Below, in pieces: positions 9,444-19,195 of a DNA stretch of 60,722 nucleotides. Position 1 is the stretch's first letter. Every line of letters begins with the position of its first letter. Made by a program: the position numbers and the translations under genes. The notes beneath the pieces are model-generated. The model ran no database searches. It had not been told where the DNA came from and worked only from the letters and a program-made list of their open reading frames with translations. Source of the DNA: an uncultured SAR116 cluster alpha proteobacterium (GTDB lineage Bacteria; Pseudomonadota; Alphaproteobacteria; Puniceispirillales; Marisalimonadaceae); the NCBI GenBank assembly GCA_902630555.1, contig CACOVB010000001.1, positions 1 to 60,722 of the forward strand, in the 5' to 3' direction.

Positions 9444-9644
9444 TTATTGAGTTTTTTTTGCGTCTCCGTCAGCATTTAAATATTCATTTAAATGTCCTTT
9501 TTTTGACAGTTGGTAAATCGTGTTCCAAAGTGAAGGGGGATAATTCTCTCTAATATTTTTAATCATATGTAAAATATGTTTTTCGGTAAAATGATTATTT
9601 TTATTTTTAATTTTATGAAATGGAAAAGGTATTATTTGTGCCAT
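9444..9644 (-). CDS. Hypothetical small protein (66 aa)
   Basis: Stand-alone ORF in an otherwise empty gap. A GGAG lies 7 nt upstream of the ATG. I recognise no family. Confidence 0.4.
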   Translation of the reverse strand: MAQIIPFPFHKIKNKNNHFTEKHILHMIKNIRENYPPSLWNTIYQLSKKGHLNEYLNADGDAKKTQ

Positions 9645-9736
9645 ATTTTACTCCGTTGTGAAGCAATTGCAATTTACTTGCCGAAAATACAAATAATTAA
9701 TTTTTTTGTAATGTTTTTATGTGTTATACAGTCATT

Positions 9737-11152
9737 ATGAAGAATACTCAATTTTTAAGATCCACAAAAATAGTTGCAACGCTTGGTCCATCATCAAATA
9801 CAGAAAACAAAATAAAAAAACTTATTTTTGCTGGTGTTAATGTTTTTAGATTAAACTTTAGCCATGGTTCACATGAAGATCATCTAAGCACAATAAATAT
9901 AATACGTCGTATAGAAACTAAGTTAAAATTACAACTTGGCATTTTAGCAGATTTACAAGGTCCTAAATTTAGAATTGGTAAAGTTGAAGATAACGTTAAA
10001 TTAAAAGTAAATGATCTATTTATATTAGATCAAGACAAAAACATTGGTTCAAGAAAAAGAGCTTACTTAGGACACAATGAAATTTATAAATCTATTAAAA
10101 TAAACTCCATAATATTAATTGATGATGGTAAAATAAAATTAAAAGTATTATCCAAAAAAAAAGATATATTAAAAACAAAAGTTTTAGTAGGTGGCAACCT
10201 TTCTAGCAATAAAGGTGTAAACCTTCCAAACTTAATTTTAGATACAAAACCTATAACTGCAAAAGATAGAAATGATTTAACTTTTATTTTAGAAAATGAA
10301 ATAGATTGGATAGCTTTGTCTTTTGTTCAAAAAGTTGATGATGTAAAGTATGTAAAAAAAATTATTAAAAATAAAAAACCACTTATCTCCAAAATTGAGA
10401 AACCTTCCGCGCTAAATGATTTAGATCAAATAATTGAATTGTCAGATGGTATTATGGTAGCAAGAGGTGATTTAGGTGTAGAATTGCCACCTTCTAATGT
10501 ACCAGGCATCCAAAAAAATATAATAATGGCTTGTAGAGTTTTAGGTAAACCAGTGATTGTTGCAACTCAAATGCTTGAATCAATGATTAATACTCCAGTT
10601 CCAACTAGAGCCGAAGCTTCAGATGTGGCAACTGCAGTTTTTGATGGGGCAGATGCAGTTATGCTATCTGCAGAAACTGCTGTTGGTCAATATCCTGTCG
10701 ACTCAGTAAATACCATGTCAAACATTTTAGAAGCAACTGAAATGCATATTAAGTTACACCCACATGATTCTCCAAGAGCTTTAAAAAAGGAAAACTCAAT
10801 ATATCATGCTGTTTCAAATGCAGCCGTAAATTTAGCAGAAACAGTTAATGCAAAAGCTATTGTAGCTTTTACGGCCTCTGGAAAAACTGCTTTTAGAATT
10901 AGTAGAGAGCGACCTGACTTACTTTTGATCGTAATGACACCTGAAAATATAGTTAGAAGAAAACTATCTCTATTATGGGGTGCAAGATCATTTCTTAGTA
11001 AAGTTCAAGGATATGAAGCAGCAATTAAAGAGGCTAGACAAACAATAAAAATAAATAAACTAGCAAAGGTTAATGAGAATATAATTGTAGTAGCAGGCAT
11101 GCCGTTTGGGATAGAGGGCACTACGAATTCAATTAGAGTTGTAACTATTTAG
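9737..11152 (+). CDS. pyk: Pyruvate kinase
   Basis: TKIVATLGPSS, NFSHG, MVARGDLGVE, ATQMLESM. The start is ambiguous between ATG 9719 and ATG 9737. I prefer 9737 because it gives the usual short N-terminus before TKIV. Confidence 0.9.
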   Translation: MKNTQFLRSTKIVATLGPSSNTENKIKKLIFAGVNVFRLNFSHGSHEDHLSTINIIRRIETKLKLQLGILADLQGPKFRIGKVEDNVKLKVNDLFILDQDKNIGSRKRAYLGHNEIYKSIKINSIILIDDGKIKLKVLSKKKDILKTKVLVGGNLSSNKGVNLPNLILDTKPITAKDRNDLTFILENEIDWIALSFVQKVDDVKYVKKIIKNKKPLISKIEKPSALNDLDQIIELSDGIMVARGDLGVELPPSNVPGIQKNIIMACRVLGKPVIVATQMLESMINTPVPTRAEASDVATAVFDGADAVMLSAETAVGQYPVDSVNTMSNILEATEMHIKLHPHDSPRALKKENSIYHAVSNAAVNLAETVNAKAIVAFTASGKTAFRISRERPDLLLIVMTPENIVRRKLSLLWGARSFLSKVQGYEAAIKEARQTIKINKLAKVNENIIVVAGMPFGIEGTTNSIRVVTI

Positions 11153-11687
11153 TTTTCTTTTTACCAACAAAAGCTTCAATTATTTGATCTGGATTAGAAG
11201 GAGGTTCCCCAATCTCAATTTTTTCGACCACTTCCATTCCAGTTTCAATTTGTCCCCAAACAGTATATTGACCCGTTAAATGACCACAGCCATCAAAACA
11301 AATAAAAAATTGACTATCTCCACTATCTGGGTTCATTGATCTTGCCATGCCAACAGTACCGTATTTATATTCATAGTCAGAGAATTCAGCTTTTAAATTT
11401 TTACCGGATCCGCCTGTTCCATTTCCAAGTGGGTCACCTGTTTGCGCCATGAAACCCTCTATAACTCTATGAAAAATAATTCCGTTATAAAATCCAGATG
11501 AGACAAGTTCTTTTATCCTCTTTACATGATTGGGTGCTATTTTTGGTAAGGTTCTTATTATTATTGAACCTTTAGAAGTTTTTAGAGTAATAAAATTTGA
11601 TTTTGAGGCTTTAACTGTTTTTGTAGACATAATTGTAAATAATATAATTGTTAATAATTTAATGTTTAGTTGAAAAATTTTTCTCAT
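11145..11687 (-). CDS. Peptidyl-prolyl cis-trans isomerase, cyclophilin type, secreted
   Basis: Signal peptide followed by FHRVIEGFMAQTGDP and MARSMNPDSGDSQFFI. Confidence 0.9.
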   Translation of the reverse strand: MRKIFQLNIKLLTIILFTIMSTKTVKASKSNFITLKTSKGSIIIRTLPKIAPNHVKRIKELVSSGFYNGIIFHRVIEGFMAQTGDPLGNGTGGSGKNLKAEFSDYEYKYGTVGMARSMNPDSGDSQFFICFDGCGHLTGQYTVWGQIETGMEVVEKIEIGEPPSNPDQIIEAFVGKKKTK

Positions 11688-11728
11688 AATTACTTGATAA
11701 ACTGAAGTGAAATAAAATCAACTTTTTT

Positions 11729-12214
11729 TTAAATTAGATCGTCAATTTGTTCATCAGTCAAATTTCCAGGAACTATAGTAATTGGGACTCGACTTTCAAA
11801 ACTTGCATTCATAACAAAGTTTATTAGTGGCCCTGGATTACCTGTTTCTATAGAAGCTCCTAAGACAAGTACAGTAATTCTTTTTTCAGTATTAATTAAT
11901 TTTATTAATTCGTCAGAAGTATTCCCTTTTTTTAGATAAGTTTTAGGTTTAGTTGTTCCTAGGTTTTCACAGTATGAACTTAGCTCAAGAAGTAATTTTT
12001 TGCTTTCTTGTTCAGCTTCATTTTCCATGATATTGCTAACTCCACCCCATAATTGACCTTCTAATGGTTCAATACATCTAAATAAAGCCACCTCTCCATT
12101 TGCAGTTGCAGCTCTTCTTGCTGCATAATATAAAGCTTGATGCATTTCGGAAGTGTTATCAGCGACAACTAAAAAAATTCTTTTGTGCGTTTTATATTTA
12201 GATTTGTTTTTCAT
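11729..12214 (-). CDS. Universal stress protein family protein
   Basis: Usp-like fold pattern (RIFLVVADNTSE..., VLVLGAS...) and about 160 aa. It starts 2 nt after the upstream gene. Confidence 0.7.
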   Translation of the reverse strand: MKNKSKYKTHKRIFLVVADNTSEMHQALYYAARRAATANGEVALFRCIEPLEGQLWGGVSNIMENEAEQESKKLLLELSSYCENLGTTKPKTYLKKGNTSDELIKLINTEKRITVLVLGASIETGNPGPLINFVMNASFESRVPITIVPGNLTDEQIDDLI

Positions 12215-12216
12215 AA

Positions 12217-12969
12217 TTAAATTCTTCTAAAAATAAAATTTGTAAACCAACCAAAAAATAATGCCACTATAACAGCAATTATACCATAAATAGCTGAAAA
12301 ATTTTGAGCAACATTATAAATGTTTGCACTTATTCCAGTTTTATCAATTTTAATCTTGCTTTCCTCCTGAGAAATAAGGTTACCTTTTCTATAATGTAAT
12401 ATTTTAACATTATACATTCCTGTAGAAACGTTTGAAGGTAGAGAAAGAGTTTTTCTAAATAAGGTATTTTTATTTAATTTAATTGAATTTTCCTCAGTTT
12501 TCCAAAATTGTTTTTTTTTCATATTTCTTTTTAGCGCTTCATACCATTTTTTATCTAAATTTTTGTAATCGATTTTATTGTTCTTTAGTTCAAAATTATT
12601 AAAATCTAATTTTCTTTTTTTAATCTCACTTTTATTTGTAATTTCTTCAATTTTTCTATTTGAGGCTATGTAGTAATATTTAGGGACATTTGAGAATTTA
12701 ATGCTTTCTGTAATCATCCATATTCCGAATTTTTTTTCTTTTTTATCAACTTTAATATTTCCTTTTTGACCAGATACCACGACGATTATGTCATCATTTT
12801 TTTGTCCGTCGTAAGCACCAAAAAGTAATATATCAGCACCTGAAAATGTTGAAGAAATTTCTACTGTACTTTCTGATAAATCTGTTACTAAATTGTCTTG
12901 AGCAAAAACTGTAAAAGAGTTTAAAGCAATGATAATTATTAAGAGAATGTTTTTGATTAAAGTTCTCAT
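12217..12969 (-). CDS. TIGR02186-like alphaproteobacterial membrane protein of unknown function
   Basis: Signal peptide, N-terminal VTDLSESTVEISSTFSGADILLFGA motif and a single C-terminal TM helix. It is ATGA-coupled to the upstream TauE gene, a pairing I recall as conserved in Alphaproteobacteria. Confidence 0.55.
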   Translation of the reverse strand: MRTLIKNILLIIIIALNSFTVFAQDNLVTDLSESTVEISSTFSGADILLFGAYDGQKNDDIIVVVSGQKGNIKVDKKEKKFGIWMITESIKFSNVPKYYYIASNRKIEEITNKSEIKKRKLDFNNFELKNNKIDYKNLDKKWYEALKRNMKKKQFWKTEENSIKLNKNTLFRKTLSLPSNVSTGMYNVKILHYRKGNLISQEESKIKIDKTGISANIYNVAQNFSAIYGIIAVIVALFFGWFTNFIFRRI

Positions 12970-13880
12970 TGAATTACGCTAATTGAAAAAATATCTAATG
13001 GAATTGTAACAAGGTCTAAAATTAATTTAAAACCAACTAACAAAATTATAAACGAAAGAAACAGCCTTAAATGTTCACCTTTCATCAAGTTTGAAAATTT
13101 AGAACCTATTTGTACTCCTATTACAGATCCAATTAGTAATATGAGCGCTAGAACGATATCAACCGTTTGATTTTGCGAGGCTTGTAAAATTGTAGTGTTG
13201 GCAGCGACAAATATGATTTGGAATAAAGAGGTTCCTATCACTAATGAAGTGGGCATTCCAAGTAAATAAATCATTGCTGGTACAATAATGAATCCACCAC
13301 CTATACCCATTAATGCAGCTAAAATACCAACTATAACTCCTATTATTAGAGGTAGGATAATAGATATATAAAGTTTTGACTTTCTGAATCTTGTCTTAAA
13401 TGGTAATCCATGTAACCAATTATGCTGATGTAATTTGCCTCTATTAGGTTTACCTCTTTTAGTTTGAACGATAAGTTTAAAAGACTCTATAAACATTAGT
13501 GAACCTATAATAGCTAAGAATATCACATATGATAATTTTATAACTAAATCTAATTGTCCAATAGCATTCAAAATGTTGAAAATTAATACGCCAATTGAAG
13601 AGCCAATAACACCTCCGACAAGTAGTATTGTACCCATTTTAAAATCTACATTTCCGCTCTTCCAATGCGAAAGAACTCCTGATACTGAAGGCGCAACTAA
13701 TTGATTAGCAACAGAAGCAACTGCAACAGGTGAGGGAATTCCAAAAAATATCATTAGAGGGGTTAATAGGAAACCTCCTCCAATTCCAACCATTCCCATG
13801 ATTATTCCAACTAGCCAACCTATTCCTAAAACAATAAAAGCATTGATTGGTTGTTCTGCAATAGGCAAATAAATATACAT
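12966..13880 (-). CDS. TauE/SafE family anion (sulfite/sulfonate) exporter-type permease (DUF81)
   Basis: About 8 TM helices arranged as two internal repeats, each containing GIGGGF(L/I). Confidence 0.8.
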   Translation of the reverse strand: MYIYLPIAEQPINAFIVLGIGWLVGIIMGMVGIGGGFLLTPLMIFFGIPSPVAVASVANQLVAPSVSGVLSHWKSGNVDFKMGTILLVGGVIGSSIGVLIFNILNAIGQLDLVIKLSYVIFLAIIGSLMFIESFKLIVQTKRGKPNRGKLHQHNWLHGLPFKTRFRKSKLYISIILPLIIGVIVGILAALMGIGGGFIIVPAMIYLLGMPTSLVIGTSLFQIIFVAANTTILQASQNQTVDIVLALILLIGSVIGVQIGSKFSNLMKGEHLRLFLSFIILLVGFKLILDLVTIPLDIFSISVIQ

Positions 13881-13945
13881 ACTCTAATTTAAACTCATAG
13901 TATAATAATAGTGCAAGTAATAATAATTTATTTTATGTTAAATGA

Positions 13946-14563
13946 ATGATGTTTTCTTTAAATCAAATTAAACAGTGTATTGAAAATTGTAAAATTGCTG
14001 GAGATGTTGAAAGAGATAGTAAAGAATTTATGTTAGCAGCGGTCATGATAATATTTTCGATAGATCAACTTCAGAATAAAAACCAATTAATTATAATTAA
14101 AAAGAAAAATAATCTTAGAAAGCACTCAGGTCAAATTGCTTTTCCAGGAGGAAAAAAAGAGAGTTTTGATAGTAATTTGAAAATAACTGCATTAAGAGAA
14201 ACTCATGAAGAAATTAATTTAAAGAATACTGATTTAGAAATTTTAGGTGAATTACCATTTTTTTACACGGGAACAGGTTATAAGGTAAAACCAATAATTT
14301 CAAAATTAAACAATAATGTATTTTTAGAAAAAACATTAAAGCCTGATTTAAATGAAATAGAAAAAATTTTTATTGCTGATGCAGAAGAATTATTAAGCCC
14401 TATAAATCATTTTAGAATTAAAGCACCTGACAATTCATTGATGAACATGACTTGGAAAGTAAAATATAAAAATGAAAATATTTGGGGTTTAACGGCTAGA
14501 TTATTAGTCACTTTATCAGCAGGGTTTAATTTAAGGGAATATCCTCCATGCAACGATATATAA
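13946..14563 (+). CDS. CoA pyrophosphatase (Nudix hydrolase)
   Basis: Nudix box GQIAFPGGKKE...ALRETHEEINL. It lies upstream of the cca gene, as in other Alphaproteobacteria. Confidence 0.8.
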   Translation: MMFSLNQIKQCIENCKIAGDVERDSKEFMLAAVMIIFSIDQLQNKNQLIIIKKKNNLRKHSGQIAFPGGKKESFDSNLKITALRETHEEINLKNTDLEILGELPFFYTGTGYKVKPIISKLNNNVFLEKTLKPDLNEIEKIFIADAEELLSPINHFRIKAPDNSLMNMTWKVKYKNENIWGLTARLLVTLSAGFNLREYPPCNDI

Positions 14564-14796
14564 TAATTTTAATTTGTTTACTTGGATCATCAGTAATTTT
14601 TTATTTATTAAGTAAAATTTTGAAAAGACTTAAAATAAAAAATGCAAATTATTTTGGGTTATTAACAAGTGTTATTTTTTTTATAATAACAATCATGTTT
14701 TCTTTTTTATATTTTGAGCCTCATAATAATATAACTCTTAAATATACTCCACCAAAAATTATTGATGGAAAAATTGAAAAGGGAAAATTTAATTAA
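14548..14796 (+). CDS. Hypothetical small membrane protein (2 TM, 82 aa)
   Basis: Co-directional and fills the gap between the Nudix gene and cca. It has two clear hydrophobic helices. I recognise no family. Confidence 0.4.
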   Translation: MQRYIIILICLLGSSVIFYLLSKILKRLKIKNANYFGLLTSVIFFIITIMFSFLYFEPHNNITLKYTPPKIIDGKIEKGKFN

Positions 14797-14800
14797 ATAA

Positions 14801-15526
14801 ATGGAAAATACTGTAATAAAGTCTATTAATTTATTTAGCCATATTAAAAATAATGATGTTTTGAAAATTTTTGACTTAGCGGAAAAAAATAAGTTCAATA
14901 TATGGATAGTTGGCGGCGCTATAAGAGATTTTTTTTTAAAAAAAAATATAAATGATTTAGACTTTGTTTATGACATCAACCCTTTAGAATTAGTTGATAT
15001 TCTGAAAACTAATGAATTTGAGTTTATTAGCTCATATATTAATTTTGGAGTTATAATCATAAAGTTAAATAACAAAGAATATACCCTTACATCACTTCGC
15101 GAAGATTTTAAACAAGATGGCAGATACACAAAAGTAAGATATGTGAAATCAATTAAGAAAGACTGTTTAAGAAGAGATTTAACCTTCAATGCTCTTTACA
15201 TGGATAGTAGCCAAAAAGTATATGATTTTAATAATGGATTAGAACACTTAGAGAATTCAAAAATAATTTTCATTGGTGATTTTAAGAAAAAGTGCCTGGA
15301 AGATAATCTTCGTATTATACGTTTTATCAGATTTTGTTCATTATTTAAATCTCCAGTATACTCAAGTGAATATATGAGTTTTTTTTTAAAAAATAGAAAT
15401 TTAATCTCGAACCTGAAACATAAGAAAATATCTAATGAAATTGAGAAAGGTCTCAGTTATCACTATAAAGAAAATACTATATCAATATTAAAAAAATTAA
15501 ATATTGAAAGTTTTGTATTTGAATAG
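14801..15526 (+). CDS. tRNA nucleotidyltransferase / poly(A) polymerase family protein, unusually short (241 aa)
   Basis: Class II motifs are present: A GGAIRDFFLKKNINDLDF, B RRDLTFNALY, D EDNLRIIRFIRF. The ORF stops after about 240 aa, and only 64 nt separate it from hemF. Confidence 0.75.
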   Translation: MENTVIKSINLFSHIKNNDVLKIFDLAEKNKFNIWIVGGAIRDFFLKKNINDLDFVYDINPLELVDILKTNEFEFISSYINFGVIIIKLNNKEYTLTSLREDFKQDGRYTKVRYVKSIKKDCLRRDLTFNALYMDSSQKVYDFNNGLEHLENSKIIFIGDFKKKCLEDNLRIIRFIRFCSLFKSPVYSSEYMSFFLKNRNLISNLKHKKISNEIEKGLSYHYKENTISILKKLNIESFVFE

Positions 15527-15590
15527 TTTTGATTTTTGCTTAAAAAATGAAAATATGTAAAATAATCTCAAAAACAGAAGTTCATTTATA

Positions 15591-16526
15591 ATGATAAATA
15601 AAAAAAAGCTTAGAGAAAATATCCTAAATCAACCTCCTATTAATCAGAACACAGAGATTGATAAGAAGAAAACTTTAGCTGAAAAATGGTTTGTTAATTT
15701 AAGAGATCAAATTTGTAATAATTTTGCAAAAATTGAGTGCAATTTTAAAATAAATAATAATTTTGAGAAAATATCTGAGGTAAAATTTCCAATTTTTAAA
15801 CAAAAGAAGTGGGATAGAGATGGAGGTGGTGGAGGGGTTATATCTATCATGAAAGGTGATGTTTTTGAGAAAGTTGGCGTAAATATTTCTACAGTCTACG
15901 GAAAATTTTCAGATAAATTTAAAAGTCAGATTCCAGGTGCTGAAAAAACAGGTGATTTTTGGGCAAGTGGCATTTCAGTTGTCGCACATATGAATAATCC
16001 TTTTGTACCAGCAGCTCATATGAACACAAGGTTTTTAGTAACAGGTTTAGGTGAAAATAGAAAATTTTGGTTTGGAGGAGGGTGTGATCTTACCCCAATG
16101 TTGCCAGATAAAAAATCCGCAATTTTTTTTCATAAAGAACTTAAATCTATGTGCGATAAATATGATAAGGAATCTTATAAAAACTATAAAAAATGGTGTG
16201 ATGATTATTTTTTTCTTCCTCATAGAAATGAGGCGAGAGGTGAAGGAGGTATTTTTTTTGATTACTTAAATACCTTTAAATGGGACAGAGACTTCGACTT
16301 TATCAAAGACGTAGGTAAAACTTTTTTAGCTTCATTTTCAAAAATTATTGAAGAAAGAGTTGATAAAAATTTTAGTGATAAAGAAAAAAATATTCAATTG
16401 GTTAAAAGAGGTAGGTATGTCGAGTTTAATTTATTATATGACAGAGGTACTATTTTTGGACTCAATACAGGTGGTAATCCTGAGGCAATTTTAATGAGTT
16501 TACCACCAAATGTTAAATGGGAATAA
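15591..16526 (+). CDS. hemF: Oxygen-dependent coproporphyrinogen III oxidase
   Basis: WDRDGGGGGVISIMKGDVFEKVGVN, SVVAHMNNPFVPAAHMNTRF, FGGGCDLTP, RGEGGIFFD, YVEFNLLYDRGTIFGL. Confidence 0.92.
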   Translation: MINKKKLRENILNQPPINQNTEIDKKKTLAEKWFVNLRDQICNNFAKIECNFKINNNFEKISEVKFPIFKQKKWDRDGGGGGVISIMKGDVFEKVGVNISTVYGKFSDKFKSQIPGAEKTGDFWASGISVVAHMNNPFVPAAHMNTRFLVTGLGENRKFWFGGGCDLTPMLPDKKSAIFFHKELKSMCDKYDKESYKNYKKWCDDYFFLPHRNEARGEGGIFFDYLNTFKWDRDFDFIKDVGKTFLASFSKIIEERVDKNFSDKEKNIQLVKRGRYVEFNLLYDRGTIFGLNTGGNPEAILMSLPPNVKWE

Positions 16527-16604
16527 AAATTAAAAAATTACAAATTTTTTACTAGAAAAAAATTTTATACGAGTTATATATATATTATAAGGTAATCTCG
16601 AAGA

Positions 16605-17141
16605 ATGACGAATAAAAACACCCCTGATGATAAAAATAAAAGAGATTTTTTACAAATCTCTACTTACGCTCTAGGAGCTGTTGGAGCAGCCTCTTTTGTA
16701 TGGCCTTTAATAAACCAAATGAATCCAGCTGCAGACACTTTGGCATTAGCATCTACAGAAGTTGATTTAGAACAATTAGAAGAAGGTCAAGCCATCACAG
16801 TTACATGGAGAGGTAAACCTGTATTTATTAGACATCGTACAAAAGAAGAAATAGCTTCAGCAAAGGATCAATTGTTAGATGGATTAAGAGATCCTCAAAC
16901 AGATGACGAACGTGTTCAAAATGAAAAGTATATTGTACTTGTGGGAGTTTGTACTCATCTAGGTTGTGTTCCACTTGGACAAAAATCAGGTGACGTTAAA
17001 GGTGAATATGGAGGTTGGTTTTGCCCATGTCACGGTTCACATTACGATCATTCTGGAAGAATTAGAAAAGGACCAGCACCAACAAACTTAGAGATACCTC
17101 AATACTCATTTTTGTCAGATACATTAATAAAAATAGGATAA
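16605..17141 (+). CDS. petA: Ubiquinol-cytochrome c reductase Rieske iron-sulfur subunit
   Basis: Tat-like N-terminus (KRDFL) and Rieske boxes CTHLGCVP and CPCHGSHYD. Confidence 0.95.
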   Translation: MTNKNTPDDKNKRDFLQISTYALGAVGAASFVWPLINQMNPAADTLALASTEVDLEQLEEGQAITVTWRGKPVFIRHRTKEEIASAKDQLLDGLRDPQTDDERVQNEKYIVLVGVCTHLGCVPLGQKSGDVKGEYGGWFCPCHGSHYDHSGRIRKGPAPTNLEIPQYSFLSDTLIKIG

Positions 17142-17164
17142 GATTATTAGGAGCTTATTAAAAT

Positions 17165-18418
17165 ATGTCTAAACCAAAATTTAAAAACCCTGTAGTCAAT
17201 TGGATTGATTATAGACTACCAATATTTACATTTATGAATCATGAATTGAATGAATATCCAACACCCAAAAACCTGAATTACTTTTGGAACTTTGGTTCAT
17301 TAGCTGGTATTACATTAGTTATAATGATTGTGACTGGTATTGTATTGTCAATGAATTACACAGCTCACATTGATTATGCTTTTGATTCGGTCGAGAGAAT
17401 AATGCGTGATGTAAATCATGGTTGGTTGTTAAGATATATTCATATGAATGGAGCTAGTTTCTTCTTCATTGTAGTTTATATCCATATATTTAGAGGGCTC
17501 TACTATGGATCTTATAAAGCACCAAGGGAGATATTGTGGATACTTGGAGTTTTAATACTCTTACTAATGATGGCTACTGCTTTTATGGGATACGTTTTAC
17601 CATGGGGTCAAATGAGTTTTTGGGGAGCAACGGTTATAACGAACTTATTTTCAGCTATACCATTAGTAGGTGAAAGTATAGTAACGTGGTTGTGGGGAGG
17701 ATTTTCAGTCGATAATCCAACACTAAATAGATTTTTTTCACTACACTTTGTTTTACCATTTGTAATAGTTGGTGTTGTTATTCTCCATTTAGTAGCACTT
17801 CATAGATTTGGTTCAAACAATCCTATTGGAATAGATGTAAAAGGAAAACAAGATACAATTCCATTTCATCCATACTACACTATCAAAGATTTGTTTGGAT
17901 TATCTGTTTTTGCTACTGTTTTTGCAGCTGCAGTTTTCTTTTTCCCCAATTTTATGGGTCATCCTGATAATTACATACCAGCCAATCCAATGGTAACACC
18001 TGCGCATATTGTACCTGAATGGTATTTCCTACCTTTTTATGCTATTTTAAGAGCTATTCCTGATAAGCTTGGTGGTGTTTTATTTATGTTTGGTGCAATA
18101 ATGGTCTTATTTGTATTACCATGGTTAGATAAATCTTCTGTTAGATCTAGTCAATTTAGGCCTTTATATAAACTATTTTTCTGGTTTTTAGTAATTGATT
18201 GTATCGCACTTGGGTATTTAGGAGCAATGCCTGCTGAAGGTATTTATGTTGTATTATCTAGATTAGCAACTGCGTATTACTTTTTTCATTTTTTAATTAT
18301 TCTTCCTTTGCTTCCAAAAATAGAAAGCACAAGGCCACTTCCAGTATCGATTTCCACACCCATTATTACAGCTTCCAGCAACGCAAGTACGGTGATGGCG
18401 ATGAGAGAGAAGAAATAA
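17165..18418 (+). CDS. petB: Cytochrome b
   Basis: [50 protein letters not shown]. Confidence 0.95.
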   Translation: MSKPKFKNPVVNWIDYRLPIFTFMNHELNEYPTPKNLNYFWNFGSLAGITLVIMIVTGIVLSMNYTAHIDYAFDSVERIMRDVNHGWLLRYIHMNGASFFFIVVYIHIFRGLYYGSYKAPREILWILGVLILLLMMATAFMGYVLPWGQMSFWGATVITNLFSAIPLVGESIVTWLWGGFSVDNPTLNRFFSLHFVLPFVIVGVVILHLVALHRFGSNNPIGIDVKGKQDTIPFHPYYTIKDLFGLSVFATVFAAAVFFFPNFMGHPDNYIPANPMVTPAHIVPEWYFLPFYAILRAIPDKLGGVLFMFGAIMVLFVLPWLDKSSVRSSQFRPLYKLFFWFLVIDCIALGYLGAMPAEGIYVVLSRLATAYYFFHFLIILPLLPKIESTRPLPVSISTPIITASSNASTVMAMREKK

Positions 18419-19195
18419 ATGAGGTTTAGTAAATCAGTATTATACTTTTTAATCTTATTTAATTTTTTTCTTAGTAAATTAGCTTTATCTGCGGGTAAAG
18501 CTATTGAGTACCCAGACAAAAATTGGTCTTTCTCAAGTATATTTGGAACATTTGACAAAGCTTCAGCTCAAAGGGGTTTTCAAGTTTATAAAGAAGTTTG
18601 TGCTGGATGTCATGGAATGAGATTAATCTCTTATAGAAACTTAGCCGCTTTGGGATATAATCAAGATGAATTAAAAGCAATCGCCTCACAATTTGAAATA
18701 ACTGATGGTCCCAATGATGACGGAGAATTTTTCACTAGACCTGGAAGACCGAGTGATAAATTTGCTTCACCATATCCTAATAAAAAAGCAGCAATTGCAG
18801 CAAATGGTGGAGCTTATCCTCCAGATTTGTCATTAATAATCAAAGCTAGGCCAAACGGTGCAAATTATTTACATGCTCTTTTGAGTGGATATGTAGAGCC
18901 TCCAAAAAACATGAAAGTCCCAGAAGGTATGTATTATAATAAATTTTATTCTGGCAATCTAATAGCGATGCCTCAACCTCTTTATGAAGATGGAATTGAG
19001 TACTTAGATGGTACTAAAGCTTCTCCAGATCAGATGGCTATTGATGTAACAACATTTTTAGCTTGGGCCTCAGAGCCTGAACTAGAGGAAAGAAAACAAT
19101 TAGGAATAACTGTTATATTATTTTTGATCGTTTTTTCAATATTGTCTTATTTTTCTATGAGACAAATTTGGGCACCAATTAAAAATAAGAACTAA
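18419..19195 (+). CDS. petC: Cytochrome c1
   Basis: Signal peptide, heme motif CAGCHG, PPDLSLI, and a C-terminal TM anchor. The ATG directly abuts the petB stop. Confidence 0.9.
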   Translation: MRFSKSVLYFLILFNFFLSKLALSAGKAIEYPDKNWSFSSIFGTFDKASAQRGFQVYKEVCAGCHGMRLISYRNLAALGYNQDELKAIASQFEITDGPNDDGEFFTRPGRPSDKFASPYPNKKAAIAANGGAYPPDLSLIIKARPNGANYLHALLSGYVEPPKNMKVPEGMYYNKFYSGNLIAMPQPLYEDGIEYLDGTKASPDQMAIDVTTFLAWASEPELEERKQLGITVILFLIVFSILSYFSMRQIWAPIKNKN

